This document shows positions 21,248 to 30,714 of a stretch of 64,000 bases of DNA, one piece after another. The DNA is from an uncultured Candidatus Rokubacteria bacterium (GTDB lineage: Bacteria > Methylomirabilota > Methylomirabilia > Rokubacteriales > DASRDR01). Both the position numbers and the translations under genes were made by a program. Location: positions 160,001 through 224,000 of the forward strand of contig CAWDVE010000021.1 of the NCBI GenBank assembly GCA_963805625.1, read 5' to 3'. How positions within the stretch are numbered: position 1 is the stretch's first letter; each line of letters begins with the position of its first letter. Under the pieces are notes generated by a model that was not told the DNA's origin, ran no database searches, and worked only from the letters and a program-made list of their open reading frames with translations.

Positions 21248-22765
21248 TCACGGGCCCTCGCGAGCCCAGTCCCGGGCGCGGTCCACGGCCCGCCGCCAGC
21301 CCGCGTAGAGCGCGTCGCGCTGCGCGGGGGGCATGGCGGGCTCGAAGGCGCGATCGAGCCGCCAGAGGTCGCGGAGCGCTTCCGGGCCGCGCCAGACCCC
21401 CGCACCGAGCCCGGCGAGGTAGGCGGCCCCGAGCCCGGTCGTCTCGCGCACCCGCGGCCGCAGGATGGGGAGGCCGAGGATGTCCGCCTGGAACTGGCAG
21501 AGGAAGTCGTTCTCGGTCGCGCCTCCATCGACCCGGAGCTCCGCGGGGAGGCGGCCGGCCTCCGCGGCCATCACCTCGAGCACATCGCGCGTCTGATACG
21601 CGATCGCCTCGAGCGTCGCCCGTGCGACGTGGGCGCGGGTCGTCCCGCGGGTCAGCCCCACCAGGGCGCCCCGCGCGTACATGTCCCAGTAGGGGGCGCC
21701 GAGCCCCACGAAGGCGGGCACGAGGTAGACGCCCCCCGTGTCCGGCACCGAGCGCGCCAGGGGCTCGGTCTCGGCGGCGGTCTTGATCAGACCGAGTCCA
21801 TCCCGGAGCCACTGGACGGCGGCGCCGGCGACGAAGACCGCGCCCTCGAGCGCGTACGCGACGACGGGCGGACCGCCGCCCGGGGGCGGGAGCGACCAGG
21901 CAACCGTCGCGAGGAGGCCGGCCTCCGATGCGACCGGCGTCGGGCCGGTATTGAGGAGGAGGAAGCATCCCGTCCCGTACGTGTTTTTCGCGCCCCCCGG
22001 GGCCAGCGCTCCCTGACCGAAGAGGGCGGCCTGCTGGTCCCCGGCGATCCCTGCCACTGGAATGCCGGCCGGGAGACCGTTGTGGGCGACCGTCTCCCCG
22101 AAGATCCCCGCCGACGGGCGGACCGCGGGGAAGACTTCCCGCGGGATGCGGAGGTGGCCAGTCAGCTCCGCGTCCCAGTCGAGACGCCGGATGTCGAAGC
22201 AGAGGGTCCGCGAGGCGTTCGAGGGATCGGTCGCGTGGACGCGCCCGCCCGTGAGCTGCCAGAGGAGCCAGCTGTCCACCGTGCCGAAGGCAAGCTCGCC
22301 ACGGGCCGCCCGCTCGCGGAGCTCGGGCCGGGCATCGAGGAGCCACGCGATCTTGGTTCCCGAGAAGTAGGCGTCCAGGACGAGCCCGGTCCGGGCGCGC
22401 ACCAGCGGCTCGAGGCCGTCCGCTCGCAGTCGCTCGCAGAGCGGCGCCGAGCGGCGGCACTGCCAGACGATCGCCCGGTGGACCGGGACGCCGGTCCGCC
22501 GGTCCCAGAGGAGCGTGGTCTCGCGCTGGTTGGTGATCCCGATCGCGGCCAGGTCGCGAGGCGCGACTCGCGCCGCGATGAGTGCGGCCTGGGCGGCGTC
22601 AAGCTGGGTCGCCCAGATCTCGGCCGGATCGTGCTCCACCCAGCCGGGCTGGGGATAGTACTGGGGCAGCTCCGTGTAGCCGCGCCCGAGAACCGCCCCG
22701 TCGTCGCCGACGACTAGGGCGGTCGATCCCGTCGTTCCCTGGTCGAGCGCGAGGATCGCCCTCAC
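21248..22765 (-). CDS. glpK: glycerol kinase
   Basis: [56 protein letters not shown]. Confidence 0.98.
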   Translation of the reverse strand: MRAILALDQGTTGSTALVVGDDGAVLGRGYTELPQYYPQPGWVEHDPAEIWATQLDAAQAALIAARVAPRDLAAIGITNQRETTLLWDRRTGVPVHRAIVWQCRRSAPLCERLRADGLEPLVRARTGLVLDAYFSGTKIAWLLDARPELRERAARGELAFGTVDSWLLWQLTGGRVHATDPSNASRTLCFDIRRLDWDAELTGHLRIPREVFPAVRPSAGIFGETVAHNGLPAGIPVAGIAGDQQAALFGQGALAPGGAKNTYGTGCFLLLNTGPTPVASEAGLLATVAWSLPPPGGGPPVVAYALEGAVFVAGAAVQWLRDGLGLIKTAAETEPLARSVPDTGGVYLVPAFVGLGAPYWDMYARGALVGLTRGTTRAHVARATLEAIAYQTRDVLEVMAAEAGRLPAELRVDGGATENDFLCQFQADILGLPILRPRVRETTGLGAAYLAGLGAGVWRGPEALRDLWRLDRAFEPAMPPAQRDALYAGWRRAVDRARDWAREGP

Positions 22766-22793
22766 GATGGCGCGGGGATCGTCGCGGGCGCTG

Positions 22794-23612
22794 TCAGGGC
22801 CGCGCGTCGCGCAGCCGGAGCGCGAGGTCCGGCTGATCCGTCGTCACGTAGTCCACGCCCGCCGCGAGCGCTTGGCGGAGCTCCTCCGGCTCGTTCACCG
22901 TCCACACGCCGATCGAGAGCCCGGCGTCGTGCGCCGCGCGGACTGCCTCCGGCGTGAGCAGCGTGCGCTCGATCCCCAGGTCGTTCGCGCCTAGGCCTCG
23001 GAGCCGGGAGACAACCGCCCCGACGCCGCCCACGCGCTCGGCCCCGCTATGGGAGAGGAGGCCGGTCAAGCGGACAGACGGGGACAGGATGCGAAGCCGC
23101 TCCAGGATCGTCCAGTCGAAGGCCATCACCGTGGTCCGGTCGGCGAGCCCGGCGGCCTGGACAAGGGCCAGCACCCGCTCCTCGATGCCGGGATAGCGCG
23201 CGCCCTCCGGCCCCGTCTTGATCTCGAGGAGGAGCCCGACCGGCGTGGGCCGGAGCAGCGCAAGGACCTCGGCGAGCCGCGGCAGCCGCTCGTCGGCCGT
23301 CCCCCGGATGCTGACGGGCGAGAGCTCCGCCCAGGTCAGATCGCGCACGGCCCCGCGGCCCGTCGTCGTCCGTTCGAGGGTGGAATCGTGGACCACGACG
23401 ACCTCGCCGTCGCGCGTCTGGTGGACGTCCAGCTCGACGAGATCGACCCCGAGCCCGAGCGCCCCGCGGAACGCCGTGAGGCTGTTCTCCGGCCAGAGGC
23501 GCGCGCCGCCCCGGTGGGCGGCGATCGCCGGCCGGACGGCCCCGGCCACCGCCGGGGGCGTGAGGCTCATCAGCAAGAACCCGGCGAGGAGCGCGGCCGT
23601 GCCGGCGCGCAG
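22794..23612 (-). CDS. glycerophosphodiester phosphodiesterase (GDPD), probably exported; start uncertain
   Basis: [37 protein letters not shown] signal-like stretch starts at CTG 23612; the next ATG is at 23570. Confidence 0.9.
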   Translation of the reverse strand: MRAGTAALLAGFLLMSLTPPAVAGAVRPAIAAHRGGARLWPENSLTAFRGALGLGVDLVELDVHQTRDGEVVVVHDSTLERTTTGRGAVRDLTWAELSPVSIRGTADERLPRLAEVLALLRPTPVGLLLEIKTGPEGARYPGIEERVLALVQAAGLADRTTVMAFDWTILERLRILSPSVRLTGLLSHSGAERVGGVGAVVSRLRGLGANDLGIERTLLTPEAVRAAHDAGLSIGVWTVNEPEELRQALAAGVDYVTTDQPDLALRLRDARP

Positions 23613-23628
23613 TCGGTGACCGCCCCGA

Positions 23629-24273
23629 TCACGAGCCCGACCACGACCGGACTTCCACCAGCTCCTCCTCGTACCCACGTAGATAGTCCTCCAGCCGGAC
23701 CCAGTAGCGGATCCTGGGGTTGTACCAATACGCCTCGAGCCGCCGGGCTCCACCCCAGCGCTCAACCCGGAGCGTGTAGAAGCGGCCCGCGACGGTATCG
23801 ATCGGCTCGACCGTCGAGCCGACCTTCCAGGTATTCGCGTACCGGCCGTCGTTCCGTCCATCGGTGTACTGGAACTCCTGCGCCCACGTGTCACCGGGCT
23901 TGAACGGCCACGAGAAGAACAGCGCGGGGGGGTCGTAGCGCACGAGCGCGCCGTCCGCCGTCGCCTCCTCCACCAGGTGGAGATCGAGGGTCCACCGACG
24001 CGTGACCTCGGGGACGAGCCCCAGGATCCGGATCGTGTAGCCCTCCGACGTCGCCGCGACGACCTGGTGTGTGACCACCGACGTGGCGCCCGCGAGAGCC
24101 GTGCGCTTGAAGGTCCAGCGGTCGCCCATGCGCCACTCGGGCCGCGGGAGCGACTCGGCCGCCACCTTCTCGGCGGCGTCCTTCGGCATGTCCAGGGGAC
24201 ACCCGGACGCCGCCAACAGGACGGCCGCCAGCAGCGCGCCTCGTCCCCACCTCCCCACTGGCGTCCCGCTCAC
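23629..24273 (-). CDS. hypothetical lipoprotein
   Basis: Lipobox-like LAASGC. GTG overlaps the ugpE stop. Beta-rich sequence with PEWRMGDRW, WPFKPGDTW and TVAGRF motifs. Confidence 0.8.
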   Translation of the reverse strand: MSGTPVGRWGRGALLAAVLLAASGCPLDMPKDAAEKVAAESLPRPEWRMGDRWTFKRTALAGATSVVTHQVVAATSEGYTIRILGLVPEVTRRWTLDLHLVEEATADGALVRYDPPALFFSWPFKPGDTWAQEFQYTDGRNDGRYANTWKVGSTVEPIDTVAGRFYTLRVERWGGARRLEAYWYNPRIRYWVRLEDYLRGYEEELVEVRSWSGS

Positions 24274-25121
24274 TTCTCGGTCTCGATGAGGCCTCGGACG
24301 AACCAGCGCTGCGTGAGAGCGACGACAACGACTGGGGGTATGAGCGCAAGCACCGTGGTAGCCATGATCAAATTCCAGTCAATCAGCGCGTCCCCCGTGC
24401 CGATCATCTTCGTGATCCCGATCACGACGGTGTCCATGCCTCGGCTCGTCGTGATGAGGAGCGGCCACAGGTACTGGTTCCAGCCGTAGATGAACAGGAT
24501 CACGCAGAGGGCCGCGATATTGGTCCGTGACAGGGGCACCACCACTGAGCGCAGGAACCGGAGCGGTCCCGCCCCGTCAATCTTCGCTGCCTCGACCAGC
24601 TCGTCGGGGATGGTTAGGAAGAACTGGCGGAACAGCAGCGTCGCCGTGGCCGACGCCATTAGCGGTACGGTCAACCCGGCGAAGGTGTTCACCATGCCAA
24701 GGTCGGAGACGACCTTGTAGGTGGGGATGATCCGCACCTCAACCGGCACCATGAGCGTGAGAAAGATGAGCCAGAAGAAGAACATCCGCAGCCGGAACCG
24801 AAAGAACACCACCGCAAAGCCTGAGAGCAGCGACAGGGCGATCTTCCCAGTGGTGATTACCATCGCCATGATCAGGCTGTTAACCATCATCTGCTTGACC
24901 GGCGTGCCGCGGACGCGTTGGCCGGTTCCCTGCATCCAGGCCTGGTGGTAGTTCTCGGAAGCGAAGCCACCCGGTGTCAGCGGCAAGTTGCCCCGGCCGA
25001 TGGTTCCGACGTCATGGGTCGAAGCGATCACCGCCACGTAGATCGGAAACGCAAAGACGGCGATTCCGACCAGCAACACCGCGTAGGGGAGCCAGCCGCC
25101 TCGGCCGCGCCGCTCGACCAT
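24270..25121 (-). CDS. ugpE: sn-glycerol-3-phosphate ABC transporter permease UgpE
   Basis: TLMVPVEVRIIPTY, PLMASATATLLFRQFF, FIYGWNQYLWPLL, QRWFVRGLIETEK. Confidence 0.95.
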   Translation of the reverse strand: MVERRGRGGWLPYAVLLVGIAVFAFPIYVAVIASTHDVGTIGRGNLPLTPGGFASENYHQAWMQGTGQRVRGTPVKQMMVNSLIMAMVITTGKIALSLLSGFAVVFFRFRLRMFFFWLIFLTLMVPVEVRIIPTYKVVSDLGMVNTFAGLTVPLMASATATLLFRQFFLTIPDELVEAAKIDGAGPLRFLRSVVVPLSRTNIAALCVILFIYGWNQYLWPLLITTSRGMDTVVIGITKMIGTGDALIDWNLIMATTVLALIPPVVVVALTQRWFVRGLIETEK

Positions 25122-26038
25122 CAGTAGTGCACGCGACGCTCGACGTAGCGAAACTGGAGCGCGGTCAACGCTGAGACGATAACCATCAAGATGACGGACT
25201 GCGCCGAGGATCCGCCCAGATCGAGGTTGATGACACCGTCGACGTACACCTTGTAGATCAGGGTCTCGGTGGCCTTTCCGGGCCCGCCGCCGGTAAGCGC
25301 GTGGATCGTGCCGAACGTATCGAAGAATGCATACACGAGGTTGACGACCAGGAGAAAGAACGTGGTGGGCGACAACAGCGGAAAGACGATGCGCCAAAAC
25401 CGTCGGGAAGGCCCGGCCCCGTCGATGGCCGCGGCCTCGATCACTGACCGTTGGATCGCTTGGAGTCCGGCCAGGAAGAACAGGAAGTTGTAGCTCACCT
25501 GCTTCCACGACGCGGCGAGGATCACCAAGAGCATGGCCTGGAGGCCATTGAGCCTGAAGTCCCACGGGATGCCCGCCCCGCGGAGCGCACGCCCGAGCAC
25601 CCCGACGGCCGGGTGGAAGATAAACAACCAAAGCACGGCGGCCACGGCCGGCGCCACCGCGTAGGGCCAGATGAGGAGCGTCCGGTACACCGTCGCGCCG
25701 CGTACGCGCTGGTCGGCCATCACCGCCAGGAGGAGCGCGACGCTCATCGACAGCGCCGTCACCGCCGCACCGAAGACGAACGTGCGCCCGATCGCGTCGA
25801 GGTACAGCGGGTCCCGGAGGATCACTCGGAAGTTCTCGAACCAGACGAACGTCTGGCGGAGCCCGAACGCATCCTGGAGGAAGAACGCCTGATAGACGGC
25901 TTGACCGGCGGGCCAGAAGAAGAACACGAGCGTGACGAGGATCTGGGGCCCGAGAAGGGCGTAGGGCAAAAGCCGCCCCTCAAAGACTGCTCGCCGGTTC
26001 ACGGTGGATCGGTCGCGGTTGCGGGGAGCCCCGTGCAT
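25121..26038 (-). CDS. ugpA: sn-glycerol-3-phosphate ABC transporter permease UgpA
   Basis: [52 protein letters not shown]. Start is 26038 (after GGAGGG) or 26002. Confidence 0.95.
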   Translation of the reverse strand: MHGAPRNRDRSTVNRRAVFEGRLLPYALLGPQILVTLVFFFWPAGQAVYQAFFLQDAFGLRQTFVWFENFRVILRDPLYLDAIGRTFVFGAAVTALSMSVALLLAVMADQRVRGATVYRTLLIWPYAVAPAVAAVLWLFIFHPAVGVLGRALRGAGIPWDFRLNGLQAMLLVILAASWKQVSYNFLFFLAGLQAIQRSVIEAAAIDGAGPSRRFWRIVFPLLSPTTFFLLVVNLVYAFFDTFGTIHALTGGGPGKATETLIYKVYVDGVINLDLGGSSAQSVILMVIVSALTALQFRYVERRVHY

Positions 26039-26171
26039 CCGGGGCCCTCCACTCCGCCGCACATGTCAGCCGTGGGCAGCCACCGCTCTGTGGCAGCCGA
26101 GCCGCCCCTTGCGCTCACGCGCCCCCTCCAGCAGGAGCCGGCAACCGGCTCGGCGCGGAACAGACCCCCCG

Positions 26172-27516
26172 TCAGCGATTCGCCCGCTCGAACGTGCGAA
26201 GGACCACATTGCCGCGTTGGACCGCGTTGTCGAGCGCCTGCTGAGGGCTTTGCTGGCCCTGCAGGGCCTTCTCCATCTCTTCCTGGATGATGTTGCGAAT
26301 CTCCGGCATGTTCCCCAGACGGAGGCCGCGGGAGTTCTCGGTCGGGGTAGTACTCGTGAGCTGGAGGAATGGGACGTCCGCACCCGGGTTCTTCTGATAG
26401 ATAGCCAGAGCTTTTCACTCGCTCGAACGCGGCAGCCGTAATCGGGAGGAACCCCGTGTCCGTGTGCCACTTACCGATGACCTCCGGCTGGCTCAGGTAG
26501 CGGAAGAACTCGGCCACAGCCTTGTACTCCTCCGGGCGTCGGTTGGGCGCGGTCATGACCCAGAAGCTCGCGCCCCCGATGATCGAGTTCTTCGGCGCCC
26601 CTGGCGCGTCCGGATAGTAAGGGAGCATCGTCGCTCCCCACTCGAACTTCGCCTCGCGCACGATGCGGCCGCGGAGCCCGGAGGACCCCTGCAGAATGGC
26701 ACACTCCCCGGAGGGGAAAAGTGCGTCTCCCGCAGCATCGCGGCCGCCGTACTTGAACGTCCCCTCCTTGTGCATGTCGATCAGCGTCTGGAGGTGGCGG
26801 ACATGGAGCGGGCTGTTGATCCGGAGCTCGGCATCGAGGCCCTCCATCCCGTTCGCCCGCGTGGCCAGTGGCACGTTGTGCATGGCGCTGAACTGCTCGA
26901 TCTGCGTCCAGGTGGGCCAGGCGAACCCGAAGGCGCACGGGGCCGCGTTGGTGGCTTTGATCTTGCGCGCTGCCTGGACCACTTCCGGCCAGGTCGCGGG
27001 CGGCTTCGCCGGATCGAGACCAGCCTTCCGGAAGGCGTCCTTGTTGTAGAAGGTGATCGCGGTCGAGCTGTTGAACGGCATCGACATCAATCGACCGTCG
27101 GGGAGGCTGTAGTAGCCGCGCACGGCGGGCAGGTAGATGTTGGGATCGAGTGCCACGCCGGTCTCACGTACCAGCTCATGCACAGGCTTGATCGCCCCCC
27201 GCGCGGACATCATCGTCGCTGTACCAACCTCGAACATCTGGACGATGTGCGGAGCGTTGCCGGCGCGGAAGGCCGCGATGGCCGCCACCATGGTCTCGGG
27301 GTACTGTCCCTTGAACGTGGCGTTGACCTGGTACTGGGTCTGAGAGGCGTTGAAGTCGGCCGCGATCTGCTCGAGGAGGCCGCCAGCAGGGGGATTGAGC
27401 CCGTGCCAGAACTCCACCTGGGTCCGCTGTTGCGCGGCCGTGGTCCCGGCAACTGCGACCAAGCCGATCAGCACCAGTCCGAAGAGGCCTACCCAGCGTC
27501 CTTGCCGTGGTCTCAT
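26172..27516 (-). pseudogene. ugpB: sn-glycerol-3-phosphate-binding protein UgpB with 1-bp insertion near 26400 (pseudogene or assembly error)
   Basis: QMFEVGTATMM, SMPFNSST and IIGGASFW in frame. After GGC TATC TAT the homologous tail YQKNPGAD...GLRLGNMPEIR...ALDNAVQRGN continues in another frame to TGA at 26172. Confidence 0.9.
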
Positions 27517-27648
27517 CTCAGCTGACCTCCTTCGCTTCGGGCCACGTCACATGCCCCGCTTAGGGACCATCCCCCGCGCGCCCTATTTTCCCCCAGGCCG
27601 CGCCCATCATACCCGGCTTCCGTGACGGGCGCGCGACCGCGCCAGCCC

Positions 27649-29319
27649 TCACTCGCTCCGGAACCGGAGGCCCTGGCGAACGGTGCCCTCGTAGGCGTCG
27701 AGCTCCGCCTCGGCCCGCCGCGGGCTCCAGCCAAGGAGGGCGCCCATCCGTTGGGCGATCGCCGGGGCGCAATCGAGACCGAGGCACGGCCCGGTGCCGA
27801 GGCCGGTCCGCCGGAGGAGCACGTCCTGGAGCGAGACCGCCAGCTCGCTCTCCACGGCCCAGTACAGCTGGGCGACGATCTCCGGCGCGTTCTTGCAGAG
27901 CCGCTCGGTGCCCCCCGGCAGCCGCCGCGCCGCGTCCAGCACGGCGCCCGCGCGGCGGCCATGGGTGGTCACGAGCATCTCGATCTGCTCGGGCTCGAGG
28001 CCGGAGCTCCGCACCGCCTCGGTGACGTCCAGCATCGCGCGGACCTCGAGGGCACCCGCCGCCTCGTCCTGTCCGTCGAGCGTGATCCGCGCCGTGTCGG
28101 ACGGGCCGCCCCGCCCGAGCAGCCGCGCGACGATCCGGCCCACCTCCTCCGCCAGGCTCCGGAAGCACGTCAGCTTGGTGCCGGTGATGGAGAGGAAGCG
28201 GCCGCCCGGCCCCTCGGCAACGACCCGGTGCTGGCGGGAGACGGACGAGGCCCGCGTCCCGGCCGACCCGTCGAAGGTGAGGGGCCGCACCCCCGCGTAG
28301 GTGTACGCGACGTTGGCCTCGGTGATCCGCGAATCCATGAGCAGGCGGCCCGCGGCCTCGAGGAGATACTGGACGTCCGCCTTCGTCGCCCAGACTCGGT
28401 CGGGGCTCTCGGCGTAGTCGGTATCGGTGGTGCCGACCAGCGAGAACTCGCGCCACGGGATCACGAACACCAGCCGGTCATCGCCGGTGGCGAGGTAGAT
28501 CGCGCCCTCGGTCAGACGCGGGAGGAGCACGTGCACGCCTTTGGTCGTCCGGAGGATCCGCTCCCCCCGATCCTCGACGCCCGCCCGCCCACGGACCCGG
28601 TCCACCCAGGGCCCGGCGGCGTTGACGAGCACTCGCCCGTGGAGATCCACGACGTCGCCGCCGACGAGATCCCGGACCCGCGCCGTCCAGCCACCGTCGG
28701 GGCGCCGCTGGAACTCCTCCGCCTGGGCGTAGTTGACCACGTGCGCGCCCGCCCGGCGCGCCGAGAGCACATTCTCGAGACACAGGCGCTCCGGGGACAG
28801 CAGCAGGTCGTCGAAGTAGTACCCCGCGCCCAGGAGGCCCTCCGGCTGGAGGGTGGGCTCGAGCGCGCGGGCCCGGGCCGCGTCCACCGTCCCGTAGCGC
28901 GGCGTCCGCTTGCTCGGGGTGAGGAGGTCGTAGAGCCGGAGCCCGAGGCGCACCTTGACGAGGCTCCGCGGCCCGCCGCGGTAGACGGGCATCAAGAACG
29001 GCAGCGGGCGGATGAGATGGGGCGCCAGCCGCGCGAGCGTCTCCCGCTCGCGCAGGGACTCCCGGACCAGCCGGAAGTCGAAGAGCTCGAGGTACCGGAG
29101 CCCCCCGTGGATGAGCTTCGACGAGCGCGAGGTCGTCCCCGCGGCGAAGTCGACTTTCTCGACGAGGACGCAGGAGAGACCACGCTGGGCGAGGTCCCGC
29201 GCGACGCCCGCGCCAGCCATGCCCCCCCCGACGATGACGGCGTCGAAGATCTCCCGGTCCAGGCCCGCCAGCCGGCTGACGGAGGCGCCGGGCGGCGAGG
29301 CGGGCGCGCGGTCGCTCAC
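27649..29319 (-). CDS. glpD: FAD-dependent glycerol-3-phosphate dehydrogenase
   Basis: IVGGGMAG, GTTSRSSKLIHGGLRYL, NAAGPWVD, GTTDT, YAGVRPL. GTG overlaps the HAD stop. Confidence 0.93.
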   Translation of the reverse strand: MSDRAPASPPGASVSRLAGLDREIFDAVIVGGGMAGAGVARDLAQRGLSCVLVEKVDFAAGTTSRSSKLIHGGLRYLELFDFRLVRESLRERETLARLAPHLIRPLPFLMPVYRGGPRSLVKVRLGLRLYDLLTPSKRTPRYGTVDAARARALEPTLQPEGLLGAGYYFDDLLLSPERLCLENVLSARRAGAHVVNYAQAEEFQRRPDGGWTARVRDLVGGDVVDLHGRVLVNAAGPWVDRVRGRAGVEDRGERILRTTKGVHVLLPRLTEGAIYLATGDDRLVFVIPWREFSLVGTTDTDYAESPDRVWATKADVQYLLEAAGRLLMDSRITEANVAYTYAGVRPLTFDGSAGTRASSVSRQHRVVAEGPGGRFLSITGTKLTCFRSLAEEVGRIVARLLGRGGPSDTARITLDGQDEAAGALEVRAMLDVTEAVRSSGLEPEQIEMLVTTHGRRAGAVLDAARRLPGGTERLCKNAPEIVAQLYWAVESELAVSLQDVLLRRTGLGTGPCLGLDCAPAIAQRMGALLGWSPRRAEAELDAYEGTVRQGLRFRSE

Positions 29320-30131
29320 CGCGCCGCGCTCCCGGAGGCGGCGACCCCGTCCAGGAGCTCGCCGAGGGAGTCGACGACGTGGTCGGGGCGCCAGCGCGCG
29401 ATCTCGGGGTCGCCCGCCCGGGTGATGCCGCTCAGCACCAGGATCGTCCCGAGACCGGCGGCCCGGCCCATCGCGATGTCGGTCTCCAGCCGGTCGCCCA
29501 CGACGGCGCAGGCGGCCGCCGGGAGCCCGAGCTGGTCGAGCGTCACCCGGAGGGTGATCGGGGAGGGCTTGCCCACCACCGGATCCACGCGCCGCCCCGT
29601 CACGCCCTCCACCGCGCCGATCATGCCTGCGGCGTCGGGGATTTCTCCACCCTCCACCGGGCACGTCCGGTCGGGGTTGGTGCCCACCAGCCGCGCCCCG
29701 TGCCGCGTGACCGCCTGGAGCGCCACGTCGAGCTTCCGGTAGTCGAACGTCCGATCGAAGGCCACCACGACGTAGTCTACCCTGGCATCATCGACCGGCG
29801 CGAGGCCGGCCGCCCGCAGCTCCTCGACCAGCGGGGGCTCCCCGATCACGAAGCAGCGCGCCCCCGGGGCCTCGCGGGCGAGGTAGCGGGCGAGGACGTA
29901 CGAGGAGTTGATCACGTCGTGGACGGTGGTCGGCACGCCGAGTCGCGTGAGCTTGGCCGCGTAGTCCGCCCGGCTCTGGATCGGCTTGTTCGAGAGAAAG
30001 CACACGCGCCGCTCCGCGGCACGCAGGGCCTCGATCGCCTCTCGAGCCCCCGGCAGGAGCCGCTCGCCGAGGTACACGGTGCCATCCAGGTCGAGGATGA
30101 ACCCCCGGTAGGGGAAGCGCGGCGAGATCAC
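29316..30131 (-). CDS. HAD-IIA family phosphatase (NagD-like)
   Basis: DLDGTVY, LSNK, TNPD, GKPS, GDRLETDI. Confidence 0.94.
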   Translation of the reverse strand: MISPRFPYRGFILDLDGTVYLGERLLPGAREAIEALRAAERRVCFLSNKPIQSRADYAAKLTRLGVPTTVHDVINSSYVLARYLAREAPGARCFVIGEPPLVEELRAAGLAPVDDARVDYVVVAFDRTFDYRKLDVALQAVTRHGARLVGTNPDRTCPVEGGEIPDAAGMIGAVEGVTGRRVDPVVGKPSPITLRVTLDQLGLPAAACAVVGDRLETDIAMGRAAGLGTILVLSGITRAGDPEIARWRPDHVVDSLGELLDGVAASGSAAR

Positions 30132-30136
30132 GGCCC

Positions 30137-30166
30137 ACTCTAGGCGGCCCTCGCGAAACGTGTCAA
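30137..30166 (-). promoter_or_regulatory. sigma-70 promoter giving a probable leaderless HAD-glpD transcript
   Basis: Minus strand TTGACA-N18-TAGAGT, then 5 nt to the GTG start; no Shine-Dalgarno. Confidence 0.65.
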
Positions 30167-30199
30167 GGCGACGGCCGGTCCCTGGCGACGGCCGGTCCC
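30167..30199. repeat. perfect 16-bp tandem direct repeat (GGCGACGGCCGGTCCC x2)
   Basis: Copies at 30167-30182 and 30184-30199, abutting the -35 element. Confidence 0.9.
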
Positions 30200-30304
30200 C
30201 CGCCGTTCGCAGCCGGGAGCCGGCGCTTGGGATGCACCACCGTACATCCGCACCGCCCGGCTGGCGGCGAGACGGCGGGAATCCTGCCGGGGGATCCTTA
30301 CCGC

Positions 30305-30703
30305 TCAGGCGCGGCGGGGAACGACCGCGACCGCCTCGATCTCGACGAGAAGCCCCGGAAGGGCGAGGCGACTCACCTCGACCAGGGTGCTCGCCGGCCG
30401 GTTCGCGCCGAAATATGCCTGGCGCACCTCGTTGACCCGCGGCCGGTCGTCGACGTTCGCCAGGTAGACCGTGACCTTGACGACGTCGTCGAGGGTCGCG
30501 CCGCCCGCCGCGAGGACCCGCCGGACGTTGTCGAGCACCTGCCGGGTCTGGGCGGCGACATCGCCCGGACCCACCAGGCGACCGTCACCGTCGAGGGCCA
30601 CCTGGCCGGAGACGTAGATCGTGTCTCCGACCTTGACGCCGTTCGAGTAGTGACTGATCGGGGCGGGGAGCCCGGGAGGGTTCAGGAGCGTGTGGCCGGA
30701 CAT
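30305..30703 (-). CDS. RidA/YjgF family enamine/imine deaminase
   Basis: YSNGVKVGDTIYVSGQ, VVKVTVYL, NEVR, RPASTLVEV, LVEIEA. Confidence 0.92.
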   Translation of the reverse strand: MSGHTLLNPPGLPAPISHYSNGVKVGDTIYVSGQVALDGDGRLVGPGDVAAQTRQVLDNVRRVLAAGGATLDDVVKVTVYLANVDDRPRVNEVRQAYFGANRPASTLVEVSRLALPGLLVEIEAVAVVPRRA

Positions 30704-30714
30704 GGGTCAGCCGC

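Noticed and set aside
30231-30255. TGCACCA half-site resembling an NtrC box
   Set aside because: No matching second half-site and no sigma-54 promoter nearby.
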